Positions 1 through 17,030 of a DNA stretch of 64,000 bases are shown here, in pieces. Source of the stretch: Camelus ferus (taxonomy: Eukaryota); assembly GCF_009834535.1 (NCBI RefSeq), contig NC_045705.1, positions 63,798,001-63,862,000 on the forward strand, given 5' to 3'. The position numbers and the translations under genes are program-made. Position 1 is the first letter of the stretch; every line of letters begins with the position of its first letter. The notes beneath the pieces are model-generated. The model was not told where the DNA came from. It made no database searches and saw only the letters and a list, made by a program, of their open reading frames with translations.

Positions 1-1120
1 CCCACCCTCCCCTTTTCTACTCACTCTCTACCTGTGTATCAAAAAAGCCAGCAGGGCCCTGGCCCTCCGCACTGTATAAAATAGCTGCTATTCTCAGCAC
101 CCGGGCCTGGTTGCCCACACCACAGGATTCACCTATATACACATCCTGCTGCAGTGAAAAGAATCCTGCTTCGTTTCTGTGTGAGCTGAAACCCTGAGAA
201 ACGTTCCTTCTCTCGAACTATAAGAGGACAGATTCTCTAACAGAGATGATTTCAGAGACTTACCACCTGTCTCAATCTTGGAAGACAGAGTAGAGACTGG
301 CAAATCACAATCTTCAGGCTGAGGGCTGCAATCCCAACTCTTCCCCAAGATTTTATGGAAATCCATTAACTGGCTGCAAGCTGTTCTGCTCTGCAATCAG
401 GGACAGTCCCTGTGCCTCCCTGGCCTGGGATTCTATATAACAGAACCACCCAGGTGGCAGTATCCATGCCTCAGCCAAACAGCACAAAGGCACGGAACGT
501 GGAGACAGGGACACTATGGCCTCCCAGCCCACCAGACCACTTATCCCAAGAGGGAAAGGTCAGTAAAGAAAATACAAACGGTTAGTTGGTGCAAGTGATT
601 GATAAGAGCCAATCGTTTATTGTCACTGCCCCAGTCACAAGCTCTCCCTCCATCCCCACTCCTGCCTGCTATGGAGAGTGCCCTCACAGCTTCCTTCCCC
701 GCCCTCTCCGACCACCTCACCATCACTCTCCCTCACTCGGCTGCCAGTCCAGCTGCCTTACAAAGTCAGAAGGGTGACATTTTCAGTTCTTTTCCTGGCT
801 GACTNNNNNNNNNNNNNNNNNNNNNNNNNNNNNNNNNNNNNNNNNNNNNNNNNNNNNNNNNNNNNNNNNNNNNNNNNNNNNNNNNNNNNNNNNNNNNNNN
901 NNNNNNNNNNNNNNNNNNNNNNNNNNNNNNNNNNNNNNNNNNNNNNNNNNNNCGCCTCCCCCCTCCCCCACCCCTGCTTGCGCACCCTCCCCCCACCGCC
1001 CCTCCCCGGCAGCTCAGCCCCACCCAGACAGCCCCTGTTTTCCTTGGTTGTGTTTTGGGGGGNNNNNNNNNNNNNNNNNNNNNNNNNNNNNNNNNNNNNN
1101 NNNNNNNNNNNNNNNNNNNN

Positions 1121-2245
1121 NNNNNNNNNNNNNNNNNNNNNNNNNNNNNNNNNNNNNNNNNNNNNNNNNNNNNNNNNNNNNNNNNNNNNNNNNNNNNNNN
1201 NNTAGAAGAGAGGGGAAACCCCGTCACTCGGAGCCACAGCTGGTCGAGGAGAGGCATGACCCGCACTCCTCCGGTCCTGCCCCCCTTGCCTCGCTATCCC
1301 CAGGTGATACTTACATCCCGATTGTACTGTCTGTAATAGTCTCTGTATCTGTTGTAGTCATAATCTCGCCCATAATATCGATCATAGTCTCCCCTGTATC
1401 GATCGTAGAAATTACGGTAACCCTGAGAAAGGAGAAAGAGAAGGGGTGAGGATTTATGGGGTTTTCAGCATCAGAATCCACTGCTATCCCCCATCTTAAA
1501 CGAGACACATCTTAGCTTCATATCATAAACAGGCTTAATCTTCCCATGATAAATTCTTCAGAGGAATAAATGAAATGGGCAAAACCCTAAGCCCTGAGAA
1601 AACAGCCCAAACCACTCTGCTCCCCCAAGCCAATAGGAATGGCTATCNNNNNNNNNNNNNNNNNNNNNNNNNNNNNNNNNNNNNNNNNNNNNNNNNNNNN
1701 NNNNNNNNNNNNNNNNNNNNNNNNNNNNNNNNNNNNNNNNNNNNNNNNNNNNNNNNNNNNNNNNNNNNNNNNNNNNNNNNNNNNNNNNNNNNNNNNNNNN
1801 NNNNNNNNNNNCCACATCTGAGTGGAAATCAAAAAGTCGGAGCCAAAGGCAATTCTGAGGGAATAGGAGGCCTGCTTCTGTCAGGCTTACACAATGTTAA
1901 TTAAAGCACCAGCCAGGATCTTTTAAAAAGTCTGAGAGGGGAGGGCAGAGGAATAGAGACACAAGAAAACCAAGCCACCTTGCTTCTGAAGCTCCCCAAT
2001 TCCTGCAAAACATTTAACATGGCTAAAGGATACATGGCAGAGTCAGAAACAGGAGTAAAAACTGCCATTCGTAAAGTCACAGACCTTCAGCCCTGGAAGG
2101 GATCTTGGACAGCATATAACCCAGACCCACCGTCTTAGACAAATGAGCCCAGTCTAAGTGATGAGCTCTTCCAGGGGAGGAACTGCTGGTATTCCCAGTG
2201 CCTAACACATAGCAGGCACTCAAAATTTTGTAGACTTAGACTTAT

Positions 2246-2278
<33 letters not shown>

Positions 2279-5200
2279 TTTTTAATGGGCAGTGAATGCA
2301 CACTGGGGGTGGGGGTGTTAACTGGCAAACTAGACATTCAGGATGGAAAATAATTCCATTAATAGCCTAAGTTACTTTGTAATCTAAAAAATTACTGAAT
2401 AATGCATTCACTTTCCGGTCAATACAGTTGGGATGATCCAATAGACAAAACAAGACAAGAAAACTTAAGATGAGGCCCTGACTGCACTGCAGAAGTCCTT
2501 CAAATAAACTACAATAGTGAAGGGGGAATCCGTATGTAAAAGTGAAAACTAGGCAAATGAGAAGACTCAAGCATTGCTTTTCAAGGAAACAAAGACTTCT
2601 GTTGAAAAATAACTACCTTCGGTTGAAGGGTGATGGGAAAAGCACCAGAAGCAGGCGGTAGAGTACACAGGAAGACATGAGCTCTGTAAAGCAGGGACTT
2701 CCTTACTGCCAGTGACTGGACATGGTCGGCCTGGCCTGTGCTTGTGGGGCTGGGCACTCAGCACAAAGAACAGACTGAGGCTGGGGCTGGCAGTGCTCCA
2801 GGACTCACCATAGCCTTGGCCTCGGCTTCGGTTCTGCCGGTTGCGCTTGTTTCGATTGTTTCGGCGGTTTGTCCGCTTCTCCGAGGGGGGCAGCAGCTTC
2901 CTTGCCTCCTCCTTGTACTTAGTGACAATGGGCTGAGCTTCCTCCTTCTCCAGCTCCCCGTATGTCACCTCATCCATATAGTCGCATTTTTCAGGCAGAG
3001 AGAAGTTGGCTGTAAGAGTGAGAGAGAAGCTTGTGGGCCTCCAAGTACATGGATGGGTAAGATCTCATTATGAAAAGTCCACTGCAGGAAGAATACAAAC
3101 ACATGCTGGGTTCACTCTATAAGTCTTCCCCAAACTGTAGCAGCCTTAGACAGACGGCTATCTGCAAACTGTAGATTTACAAGTTCTCAAGTGATCCATA
3201 ATAAATTAAAAGTGAACTGAGTTAAGGTTTCTTATCAGGACAGAAACAGGCAGTCAGAGGCTAAAAGTAACTGAGAAACTTTGGTGTTGGTTAAATAAGA
3301 TGCTAACAAATACACTTTTAAAAGAGACTTAATGAGGGAGGAGGGTATAACTCTGTGGTAGAGCACATGCTTAGCATGCATGAGGTCCTGGGTTCAGTCC
3401 CCAGTACCCCCATTAAAGGTAAAAAAGAGAGACTCAAAGAGAAACTGACCCAGGCCTAAAGGCACGTACTCATCTTTACAAGGAGAACAGAAAACAAGAG
3501 TACAGGGTCTCATTTACCACATGCGTATGATGGGCCAGCACATTCGCCAGTCTAGACACTAAGTTCAGAGGCTGAGTCCCACTGGAATTCAGTTCAGTGA
3601 GGGTCTCCTGATTCTTAGATGAATCAGTTAGAGCTCATTTTTACAAAACCGAACTTAATTCCTCCAACTGTCTGAGTATCAGTTATGGACTGGCACAGTT
3701 AATTCTGCATAAACTTGGAGACTCTGGCTCTTAGATGTGTAACAAGCTCCCGTGCCTGGGTGTTATCAGAATTCCAAGAGCTGGTAGTTGATAGGACAGG
3801 TAGGATGCCAGGAGCTGAAGGCAGCAAGGGGAAAAATCAAAACTCTGAGGTGAGCAGCAGGAAACTGGATCCAGATAGTTAGTTTCACCTTCTAGGGACC
3901 TTGCTGTAAGGCTTTGTATTGCACATACCAAAAACCGAAACAAACAGCAAAATCAAAAACAAGCCTAATGTGATACTAGAATTCAAAGTAAACTGATGAG
4001 ATCATTCACTCCAACCACCACTGTATTTTAATTTGAACCACAAGAATCTCCCACCTCCAGAATACAAATTCAATGAAGGCAGAGCTCCATTTCATTTACT
4101 ATTTCCCTACGTCTACAGCAGTACTGGACAAATGGAGACACCCCAAGTACTCACTAAATAAATGATTGACTCATTGAAGCCTCCACCCTGAGTTTTAATC
4201 ATTCTGTGGTCTATCACCATTTCCCTTTTTGTATTTTATCAGAATGAGTCAAGGGGTTATTGCTTCTCCGTTCACTCTGCTCCTTCATTAATCTGTAAGT
4301 GATCACACCTATTAATTGACTCCTCAGATTTATACTTTAGATGTGGAGATTCACTCCAGGTGCTAAGAGGCCCTAGTAAGGGGTGCACTGACCAAGGACA
4401 GGATCCCGAACCTGTACAACTTAGCCCACCTTTCATCTCCAGCATTATAGACTCAGGCACANNNNNNNNNNNNNNNNNNNNNNNNNNNNNNNNNNNNNNN
4501 NNNNNNNNNNNNNNNNNNNNNNNNNNNNNNNNNNNNNNNNNNNNNNNNNNNNNNNNNNNNNNNNNNNNNNNNNNNNNNNNNNNNNNNNNNNNNTTACACT
4601 AGGGACAGGAGGAACAGATGTTTTAGGAATAAAAATTAAACTCAAATTCAACCAACATTTATTGAGCACCTTCTACAAGTGAGGCCACCAGATTCAGGGT
4701 CTTATTTACACAATCTCTTTTAATTCTTTAAAAATCTACTTGTTATCCTATTTTGCACAACTTGAAAACTGAGACTCAGACAGGCCAAGACTTGTCCAAG
4801 GTCATAAACCTAGTAAGTGGTGGAACCATGAATCCAAATGAACTCCAACATTCTTTCATTGCCTCCAGTATGTTTTATAATCTGGATCCACATACTCTCT
4901 GATAAACACACTAAGTGCTGTATCTCTGAGTTCAAAAAAACATTACAACCATAATACACAACCACTTGGGTCATAATCAGGTAACCTGATTCTATTCCTC
5001 AATTTAGTCTTTCTCTACATAAGCACCCTATTTTGATTCCGAGCGATTTTATCAGATTAAATGGTTACCAAATTTTTCATCTTGGACCATCTGTTAAATT
5101 AGGTTTCTTTTGAATGTTTAAACAATACCTGATCAAGAATGAAGTTCCTCTTTGTCCGGGAAGCAATCTGGACCAGCTTACTAAGGCACTGGGAGGCTTG

Positions 5201-8200
5201 CTGAACTAAAAGGTCTCGGCTTTTGGGGTCCATCTCTGGCTCCTCGAGCCCCTTCATCTGATAAATTCGAGAGGAAGAGAAACACAAGAATTTATGCAGT
5301 CAAAGCCCAGGAGTCATTCGTAAATTCCACAAAATGCCACCACATCAGCTCACTGCCATTCCTCACTGCTGTGAGTGTTGTCCACTTCCTACAGGAGTCA
5401 TTTCCAGTCTCAATCCGGACATATTCCAGATTTTATCAGCTTTCGGAAGTCTGACAACACAGCAAAGGGAAAAAACTCTACCTTCCATACATACTACAAA
5501 ATCATTTCTTTATTTGTGGGGCCCTGGTTCTCAGACATTTGAAAGACCAATACCACTGGGAAAAGACTATGAGTTTCTTGGAACCTCAAGAGCAAATACC
5601 ACAGCTGACTAACTTCTACCAGAAACTCACCCTCATTTGATTGAGCACAGTCTCAGCTCCCAGGACATTGTATCTTTTCTCAGGGTTTTCCTTTGCGTAT
5701 TTCAGTGCCCACTGGGTCTTTCCAGATCCAGGCAATCCCACCATCAGAATCACCTGCAAGTAAACAGAATTGCTATGAAAAATGAGTGAGGGTCACGTTT
5801 ATAAAGCCCAATTTAAGAATATCCTCCCATGACCAAGTTGGATAAAGCTTTGAGAAGAAAAGCTACCCACCCACTATTCCAACAATGAGCACCAAATTTC
5901 GGCATACTGTCTAGCATACCTCACATTCCTCTAGGGTCTTGGGAGGGACCACAGTGCGCACACGCTCCTCAACAGGCACAGCATGGATGAACACAAACTC
6001 GTCTGGTGGTGGGAAGAAGGGCTCCTCCTTCTGACCAAAATTTAATTCTACAACACAATTTTTGCAGAGGACATGGGGTAGGAGGGCCCGGTCTGCCAGG
6101 GATTCCTTGTTGATACGGAATGCCACACCTAGGTCTTCTCCATTCTTGGAAAAGGAAAGTTCTACTTCTTCTGCCTCAAAATTCTACAGTGACAAAAGAT
6201 AAGAGCATTTATGGGCATACAGGGTTTGAGGCTGATTAAATCTTACAATTTAATCTTTTTCTTTCTTAAAAAAAAAAAAAAAAACAAAACAAAACTCTGC
6301 TGCACAACTATGCAAGCAATGCATCAAATACAAAAAAGACAGCAGTTGATGGGAAGCAAATTGAACTCCCAGTGCCCTCCTTGCTACAAACCCATAACTT
6401 TTCAGGAGCACTTACAGCAAAGCAGCCAATGACATCATTCTCCCCAAAAGTCTGGCCAAATTCCTCAAACTGCCCACTCTCTGCCTTGAGTCCTCGTCCA
6501 TCAAAACCATAAGAGAATTCATCCTCACCTAAAACAGTCAGCAGATTAGTTACCTTCACCCAAACCTTCTGCGGAGTACCAAACACTGAAATGATTAAGT
6601 TAAAATAACTTTACCAAGTTGAGGATGGGAAAAATCAACAGACCATCCAACTCGAAGGAGAGAAACCTCTGTGCAGCCTTCTTTCATTGGGAGATTCTGG
6701 GTTACCTGGCCAAGTCAGAAAAGGAACTTTCAGATACCCTGACCAACTGGAGCAAAGTCTGAGTTAGAAAGACACGATTTCGATATAAACCAAACATGAC
6801 AACCATCATGCCTCAACATCAGAAACACAACTGTCAATGTACTTAAACCAAAGCCATGGGGGTCAATTTCTTCGTTACTAGAGCTAAGGTTTTCGTTAAA
6901 GCATGGTGCCTTTTTCTGCACTAATAAAATACTGGTGGGCACAAGTCCAGTATGTAGTAGTTTAATGACTAACTTAATAAATGAACGGTCTTAATGAGCT
7001 GTGTATACTACCTTGGCCTCAAAGCAGACCTTCCCCTTTGTCACTCCATAAGTACTTCTTGCCCCAGACCAAAGGGTGGGGAACTTCTCTGAGAAAAGGG
7101 GCTGCCCTCCATAGCGGTCTTTGCTCACTTGAAAATGGAGATCCGAGGTATCTGTTAAGAAAGAAGCAATCTGTTTACTCCAATGCCCAACACTTGAAGT
7201 CACCAACACAACACAAATATACCCAGTTGCCAAGAATGGATACAAAGTCTAAATCTCTTAAAAATTGCAGGCCATTAAGTTTTAATCTCTAAAATCACTT
7301 CTGATTGGCTAGAAACCCCAACCTGTCTGCCTTATACATACATGTGTCCAGGTTCACAAGAGTCTGATCCTCCTCCTCATCTTTTGCTTCTTCTTCAGGG
7401 GGTGGTGGAGACTTTGAGCTATACACATGAGAGAAAAGCAAATACAATGTAACCAAATCCTCTAATTTGAGGGATGTCTGCATGGCATCACTTTTGTTTA
7501 AACTATCAGTGAATATAAAATTCCAGCAGACGGCTTCTTTCAACAAAAGAGAAAAGGGCAACGGGAACTTTCAGGGTAGATTCAATCTGAAACTTAGGCC
7601 TATAAAAACCTATTCCATTTTTAATCCACCCCTCTTTCCAGACTNNNNNNNNNNNNNNNNNNNNNNNNNNNNNNNNNNNNNNNNNNNNNNNNNNNNNNNN
7701 NNNNNNNNNNNNNNNNNNNNNNNNNNNNNNNNNNNNNNNNNNNNNNNNNNNNNNNNNNNNNNNNNNNNNNNNNNNNNNNNNNNNNNNNNNNNNNNNNNNN
7801 NNNNNNNNNNNNNNNNNNNNNNNNNNNNNNNNNNNNNNNNNNNNNNNNCTCCTACAAAAAGGAGGGAAAGAAAATCAGCAGTTTTCATACTGGAGTGTAG
7901 AATAAGCTCAGAGCCAACAGAAACTAAAGGGGGACCTGGACATCTGTCTAATCAGAAGAGCCAGGTTATTCCCAGAGCATCCACAGAATGTTTTATTTCC
8001 AAAGATCATCTTCCTGTCATTGGTTGGGATTTTATTTTATTTTTTAAAAAAGGGGACAGTATAGGCTAATTACAGCCAAGCAGTAGATAAAAACCGGGTA
8101 ATTTTTGCATTCTAAATTTATCTGCTTAAATCAGGTCAAACTTGCAGATTTTCCCACCAGTATGACATAAAAGAAATATTCCATAAGTCTTTTAAAGACT

Positions 8201-10300
8201 TCATAGGTTAATTTTGATTCTTGACTGTAGATCTGGATTTAAACTAGACAAAATGTACATATTTTCTAACACTCTTCCACAGCTTCCTGTTACAGAAGCC
8301 TCAACTTTTTTTTTCTTTATTGAAGAATTTGCCTTTCCAGCTTTAAACCCCACAACCAACCACGTCTTTACTTACATTGCAAATGGACTCAGGTGCATAT
8401 ACAGAGCTGAATTTTTATCATGCATTTTTAGTGAAACTTGCAAGAGCAAACCATTAAGTCACAAGAGACCCATAAATAATACTGCATCTTTACTGCACGT
8501 AATTTGGGGCAGAAAGATGTTGTCATATATTTAGCAACATTCTTTACAAGAGGGAAAAAAAAACCCTGAATTTTTCCTTGCATTTTGTGGTTTGCAACAC
8601 TAAGGTTTTTAATAACTTATTTAAAGAAGTCCTTTATCTCTCAACCTTTTTTTATCTGCTATTTGGGGTACACATTAAGTCAAAGGTTATGTAATGGCAT
8701 TTTTGTTTCAGGACATAGGGCAAACGATCTGCAAGTTGCGTGTGACTGTTGTAGAATGAGTTCCAATTATACCATCAGAGCAAATAGCAACTTAAAAAAT
8801 GTATTATAAAAGGAATTTAGGCAGGTCACTTCATAGTAAGAATTGGAAGCAGCTCTGGTTTTCCTTCCTACTCTGACAGACAGTTATGCATCAGTTCTAA
8901 CCATCCAATCACTTCAAAGGAAGAGAGCAAGGTCACTAACTCCCTGGGGTAACTATATGTTCTCTTCCACAAGGTTACTCAATGGGCCCACCAACAGCCC
9001 AATCATTTCAATTCAGGAAGTCAGGGACCTGAAATGTAAAAGGCCACCTAAGTGTCCAACAAATATACAAATTTGCCCATCCATCCACTCAGATGGAAGA
9101 TTAAAATTTAATCATTAAAAATTCTGGCAAGGTAAAACTCCTAGCCAAGTAACGTTAACTAATTTATTCTAAATGCTCTAGATTAAGATTTTCTCTTCTG
9201 CAGTTAACTATTAAACTTGACACCTTCGCACCACAGGCTGCTGAAGCAGGAGCGAAGTTAGATTTCCAGACTTTCTGTGTGGCTCAAACTCTAGTAATGT
9301 GCTTTTGATGGAGCGAACCTTGACGAAATTCTATTATTGCTTAATATTTTTACAGCGAAAAAAGTCAATAGTCAGGTAGCCCAAAGGCCGAAACCTCCAA
9401 CAATCGGTCTGGCTGTCCGTGTAATCAACAATTCCTCAGCGGATTCCCGGTTTAGGAAAAGATAACCAGCACCGCGGGAGGCTGCTCCACAGGTAGCTCG
9501 TAAGCAGTTCTCATGCAAAACCGCTTACTTCCATCCACTACCACCAAGCAACCAAGTTAGGCAGGAACCTCCCTCCTGCAGAGTGGGGCCACCAGAAGTG
9601 GCCAACTCCCCCCGAAAGGTGGGTAGAGAATAAAAGCCACCTCCCCTGGCGAGTCCCACCAATCGGCGAGGGGAATCGGACCCCGCTGTGCAAGGCTCAG
9701 TGCTGGGTCGGGGCGCACTCGGCAGGTTGGAGCCGGGCTCCGCTGCCAGCTCCTCACCCTGTTCCTCTGCGGCCTTGTCAGCCGGCGCCTCGGATCCCGG
9801 CGTCTCGTCCCCGCTGCGCTCCTCCGGCTCATCTTCCTCCCCTTTGCCGGTGCCCTGCTCTTCGCCACCATTTACCCCACCTGACCCGGCCGTGGCCTCC
9901 TCCGCGGGTTTCTCGGAAGCATCAGGCTCGGCCGCGGCCTCCATGGCTGCCGCCTCCGGGGGCTCCGGTGGCGGCTGCGCGGCCTGGCCCGAGGCCTGAG
10001 CAAGAGGTGNNNNNNNNNNNNNNNNNNNNNNNNNNNNNNNNNNNNNNNNNNNNNNNNNNNNNNNNNNNNNNNNNNNNNNNNNNNNNNNNNNNNNNNNNNN
10101 NNNNNNNNNNNNNNNNNNNNNNNNNNNNNNNNNNNNNNNNNNNNNNNNNNNNNNNNNNNNNNNNNNNNNNNNNNNNNNNNNNNNNNNNNNNNNNNNNNNN
10201 NNNNNNNNNNNNNNNNNNNNNNNNNNNNNNNNNNNNNNNNNNNNNNNNNNNNNNNNNNNNNNNNNNNNNNNNNNNNNNNNNNNNNNNNNNNNNNNNNNNN
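1121..10300 (-). CDS. HNRNPUL2: Heterogeneous nuclear ribonucleoprotein U-like 2 (SPRY, P-loop NTPase-like and RG/RD/Y-rich tail domains), 14 exons; both CDS ends fall in N runs, so the outer coordinates are estimates
   Basis: Exons read on the minus strand: ex1 9758-(~10300; N from 10010) [32 protein letters not shown]...AAEEQG; ex2 starts 7851 (rest in N 7645-7848); ex3 7342-7418; ex4 7012-7151; ex5 6615-6705; ex6 6416-6528; ex7 5920-6183; ex8 5631-5753 ([15 protein letters not shown], Walker A); ex9 5129-5257; ex10 4430-4598 (partly N); ex11 2809-3009; ex12 starts 1817 (rest N); ex13 1315-1422 ([16 protein letters not shown]); ex14 acceptor at ~1202 with coding part in N 1063-1202. Visible splice sites are GT-AG and phases are compatible. 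Confidence 0.95.
2250..2278 (+). repeat. (CA)14 microsatellite in HNRNPUL2 intron 11
   Basis: Read directly. Confidence 0.95.
3337..3425 (+). mobile_element. tRNA-Ala-derived SINE (camelid Vic-1-like)
   Basis: GGGTATAACTCTGTGGTAGAGCACATGCTTAGCATG...GGTTCAGTCCCCAGTACC; AAAGAGACT-like duplication on both flanks. Confidence 0.8.
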
Positions 10301-11720
10301 NNNNNNNNNNNNNNNNNNNNNNNNNNNNNNNNNNNNNNNNNNNNNNNNNNNNNNNNNNNNNNNNNNNNNNNNNNNNNNNNNNNNNNNNNNNNNNNNNNNN
10401 NNNNNNNNNNNNNNNNNNNNNNNNNNNNNNNNNNNNNNNNNNGCAGGCAGTGAGGGCCGCGCGCAGCCTCCGCTACGTAGTGTTTGTTTCTCCCCGCTCC
10501 TCCCTCCCCTTTTCGGCCCAAACAACGCAGCGGGGAGCTGCTTCCCTTCCAGCGCCCTCGGTTCCCCTGTGGCGGGCGGGCGCGCGCCGAGGACGACAGA
10601 CTTCCCTCCCTTTACCTCCCGCCCCCTCTCACCCCCTGGGCCAATCGCCGCCGGTAGCTTCACGGCGCAGCCGCACCGGAGCCGGAGACGGGAAAGGCTG
10701 GCTTCGGCTCAAGTGCCTCGTAGCACCGAGGCGTGTGCTCACCCGTCCCTCCGTACTTCCAGCCCGGGGCTCCGCGCAGCCGCCCGCAGCTCCCTCGCCA
10801 CACGCCCCTCCCACCCCGTCACCAGCTTTACTCCCGTCTGACCCGATCGCGCTGTCGTCGTAGGGCTTGCTCGCTAGTCTCTGTTCCCTACTGTCTATAC
10901 GTGCAACCACTTGAGACAGAAAGAAAAAAAGCCAGAAGGGAAGCAGGGAACTCTTACAACATGAACGCCTACTAGCAATTGTCTTTCTGTTTAGTCAACA
11001 AAAGGGATTTCCAAAACCAAGGCATACAGTAACCCCTGGCCCTACTTTTCCCTCAATCCTTCCAACTTCTACCCAGCAACAGGCCCCCTGACCTCGCCTT
11101 ATTGGCCAACTTGAATCGTCATCTGCAGCTCTGATTGGTCATCCGTGATCTCTCGGATTTTGTTTTTTTCAATTGGCGAAGGTGCCTGGGGATTTTTTTT
11201 TTCCCGGTTTTTTTTTCCGGGTTGGTGCGCTGTGGAGGCTGGCGAGGCGGGGTCGTTTCTGCGGGATTACTTTTCCGAGGCCGCTTCTGATTGGGCGGCG
11301 TCGCCCATAGGCGCGACCCTTTAGACACCAAACTGTCCGGAGACAGGATCATGTCCTCTGTGTGCCCCTGGCTCGTAAACCGAAACCCAGCGGGGAGACT
11401 GCGGGCTTGGCCATTTGCAGGGGATGAGGGACTGGCCGCGGAGCGTAGGGGACTTGCAGCCGAGAGGCGCTGCGGCCGTGTCACTCTCGGCTTGTGGTTG
11501 GGGTGCACGGACCGCACTCATCTCGGCTCCCCAACTACTGGCCCAGAGGTCAACAAATGCTGGTTGAATTAAGTGCAGACAAAGAGCTGAGATGGAGGCC
11601 GGCCAGCCCTCTAGACCTCTTTTAGCATCTGTCCCCGCCTACTCCCTTCCACTTCCAGGTCAGAGAGGTGTGTCCCAAGGCAAGGAGGAAGCAGATTCCG
11701 CCGGCGTTCGCACGCCTGCC
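9670..11720. promoter_or_regulatory. CpG island / divergent promoter shared by HNRNPUL2 (-) and TTC9C (+)
   Basis: High CpG density; several CCAAT boxes (CCAAT ~10640; ATTGG ~11101, ~11134, ~11172, ~11290); head-to-head genes. TSS positions cannot be determined from sequence. Confidence 0.8.
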
Positions 11721-12052
11721 ACAATTCCTTAGAACGGCCTTCGCTTTTTCATGGAGTCTCCTCACCCTAGAATCGCCTCTTTAGGAAGTCGATCGATCTC
11801 TGGCTCTATTTCCACACCTTCTCCTTGATTAGTTTCCTGCACTTCTAGAGATTGAAAAAAATAACTGCAGAGAAGAGAGAAAAGGGCTGTAGTAGAATCA
11901 AGCAAATCTCATTCCCTGGGAGGCCTCCTGGAGAAGGGTAATTTCCTGCATTTTTACGTCACCTACCAACATCAGTTATTTCACTCCTATCCCCAGAGCT
12001 TCAGTTGCTCTTTTCACTGTCCAGTTCTGCAAGAACATCGGGCGACAGAGTT

Positions 12053-16582
<4,530 letters not shown>

Positions 16583-16895
16583 CAAAGAAGAAAGATACCC
16601 CTCCACTTGAACTTAGGTGAACCACTAAAGACCCTATCGAGGGGAAACTTGAGCCTCAGCAAGAGAAATTAACCCCATACCTCTGACCCAGGTGGACTTC
16701 TGTTTTGTTTCTAGTTCTGCACAAACTCTACCATGTATACAGTCTGTGTCTGTTTTTGTCTCTCCATTTGTGTATTTGTATGGCTTTCAGTACATTGTAT
16801 TCTTGGGGACATTTGCCTTGAGAAATACAACCAGAAAACATTCATCAGCTATAGGTGGAATTAATCATATCTCGGGCATAGATTTTTATGATGGT

Positions 16896-17030
16896 GGGGG
16901 GAAGGTATAGCTCAGTGGTAGAACATGTACTTAGCATGCACGAGGTCCTGGGTTCAATCCCCAGTACCTTCATTAAAATAAATAAATAAATAAACCTGAT
17001 TACCTCCCCCTAAATTTTTTTTTAAAATAA
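16896..17030 (+). mobile_element. tRNA-Ala-derived SINE in or near the TTC9C 3'UTR
   Basis: A box TAGCTCAGTGG 16908-16918, B box GGTTCAATCCC 16951-16961, (AAAT)n tail. Confidence 0.88.

Larger units (their letters stand above)
805..10442. other. Cluster of N runs: 805-952, 1063-1202, 1648-1811, 4462-4593, 7645-7848, 10010-10442 (another at 61739-61887)
   Basis: Read directly from the sequence. Confidence 0.99.

Noticed and set aside
9872-10863. Long ORFs of 137-263 aa near HNRNPUL2 exon 1
   Set aside because: Inflated by the 433-N run and by CpG-island composition.
16896-16970. Possible tRNA-Ala(AGC) genes (this copy and eight similar ones)
   Set aside because: The acceptor stem is broken, each copy has the family AT-rich tail, some show target-site duplications, and the copies are dispersed and diverged. 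They are SINEs.
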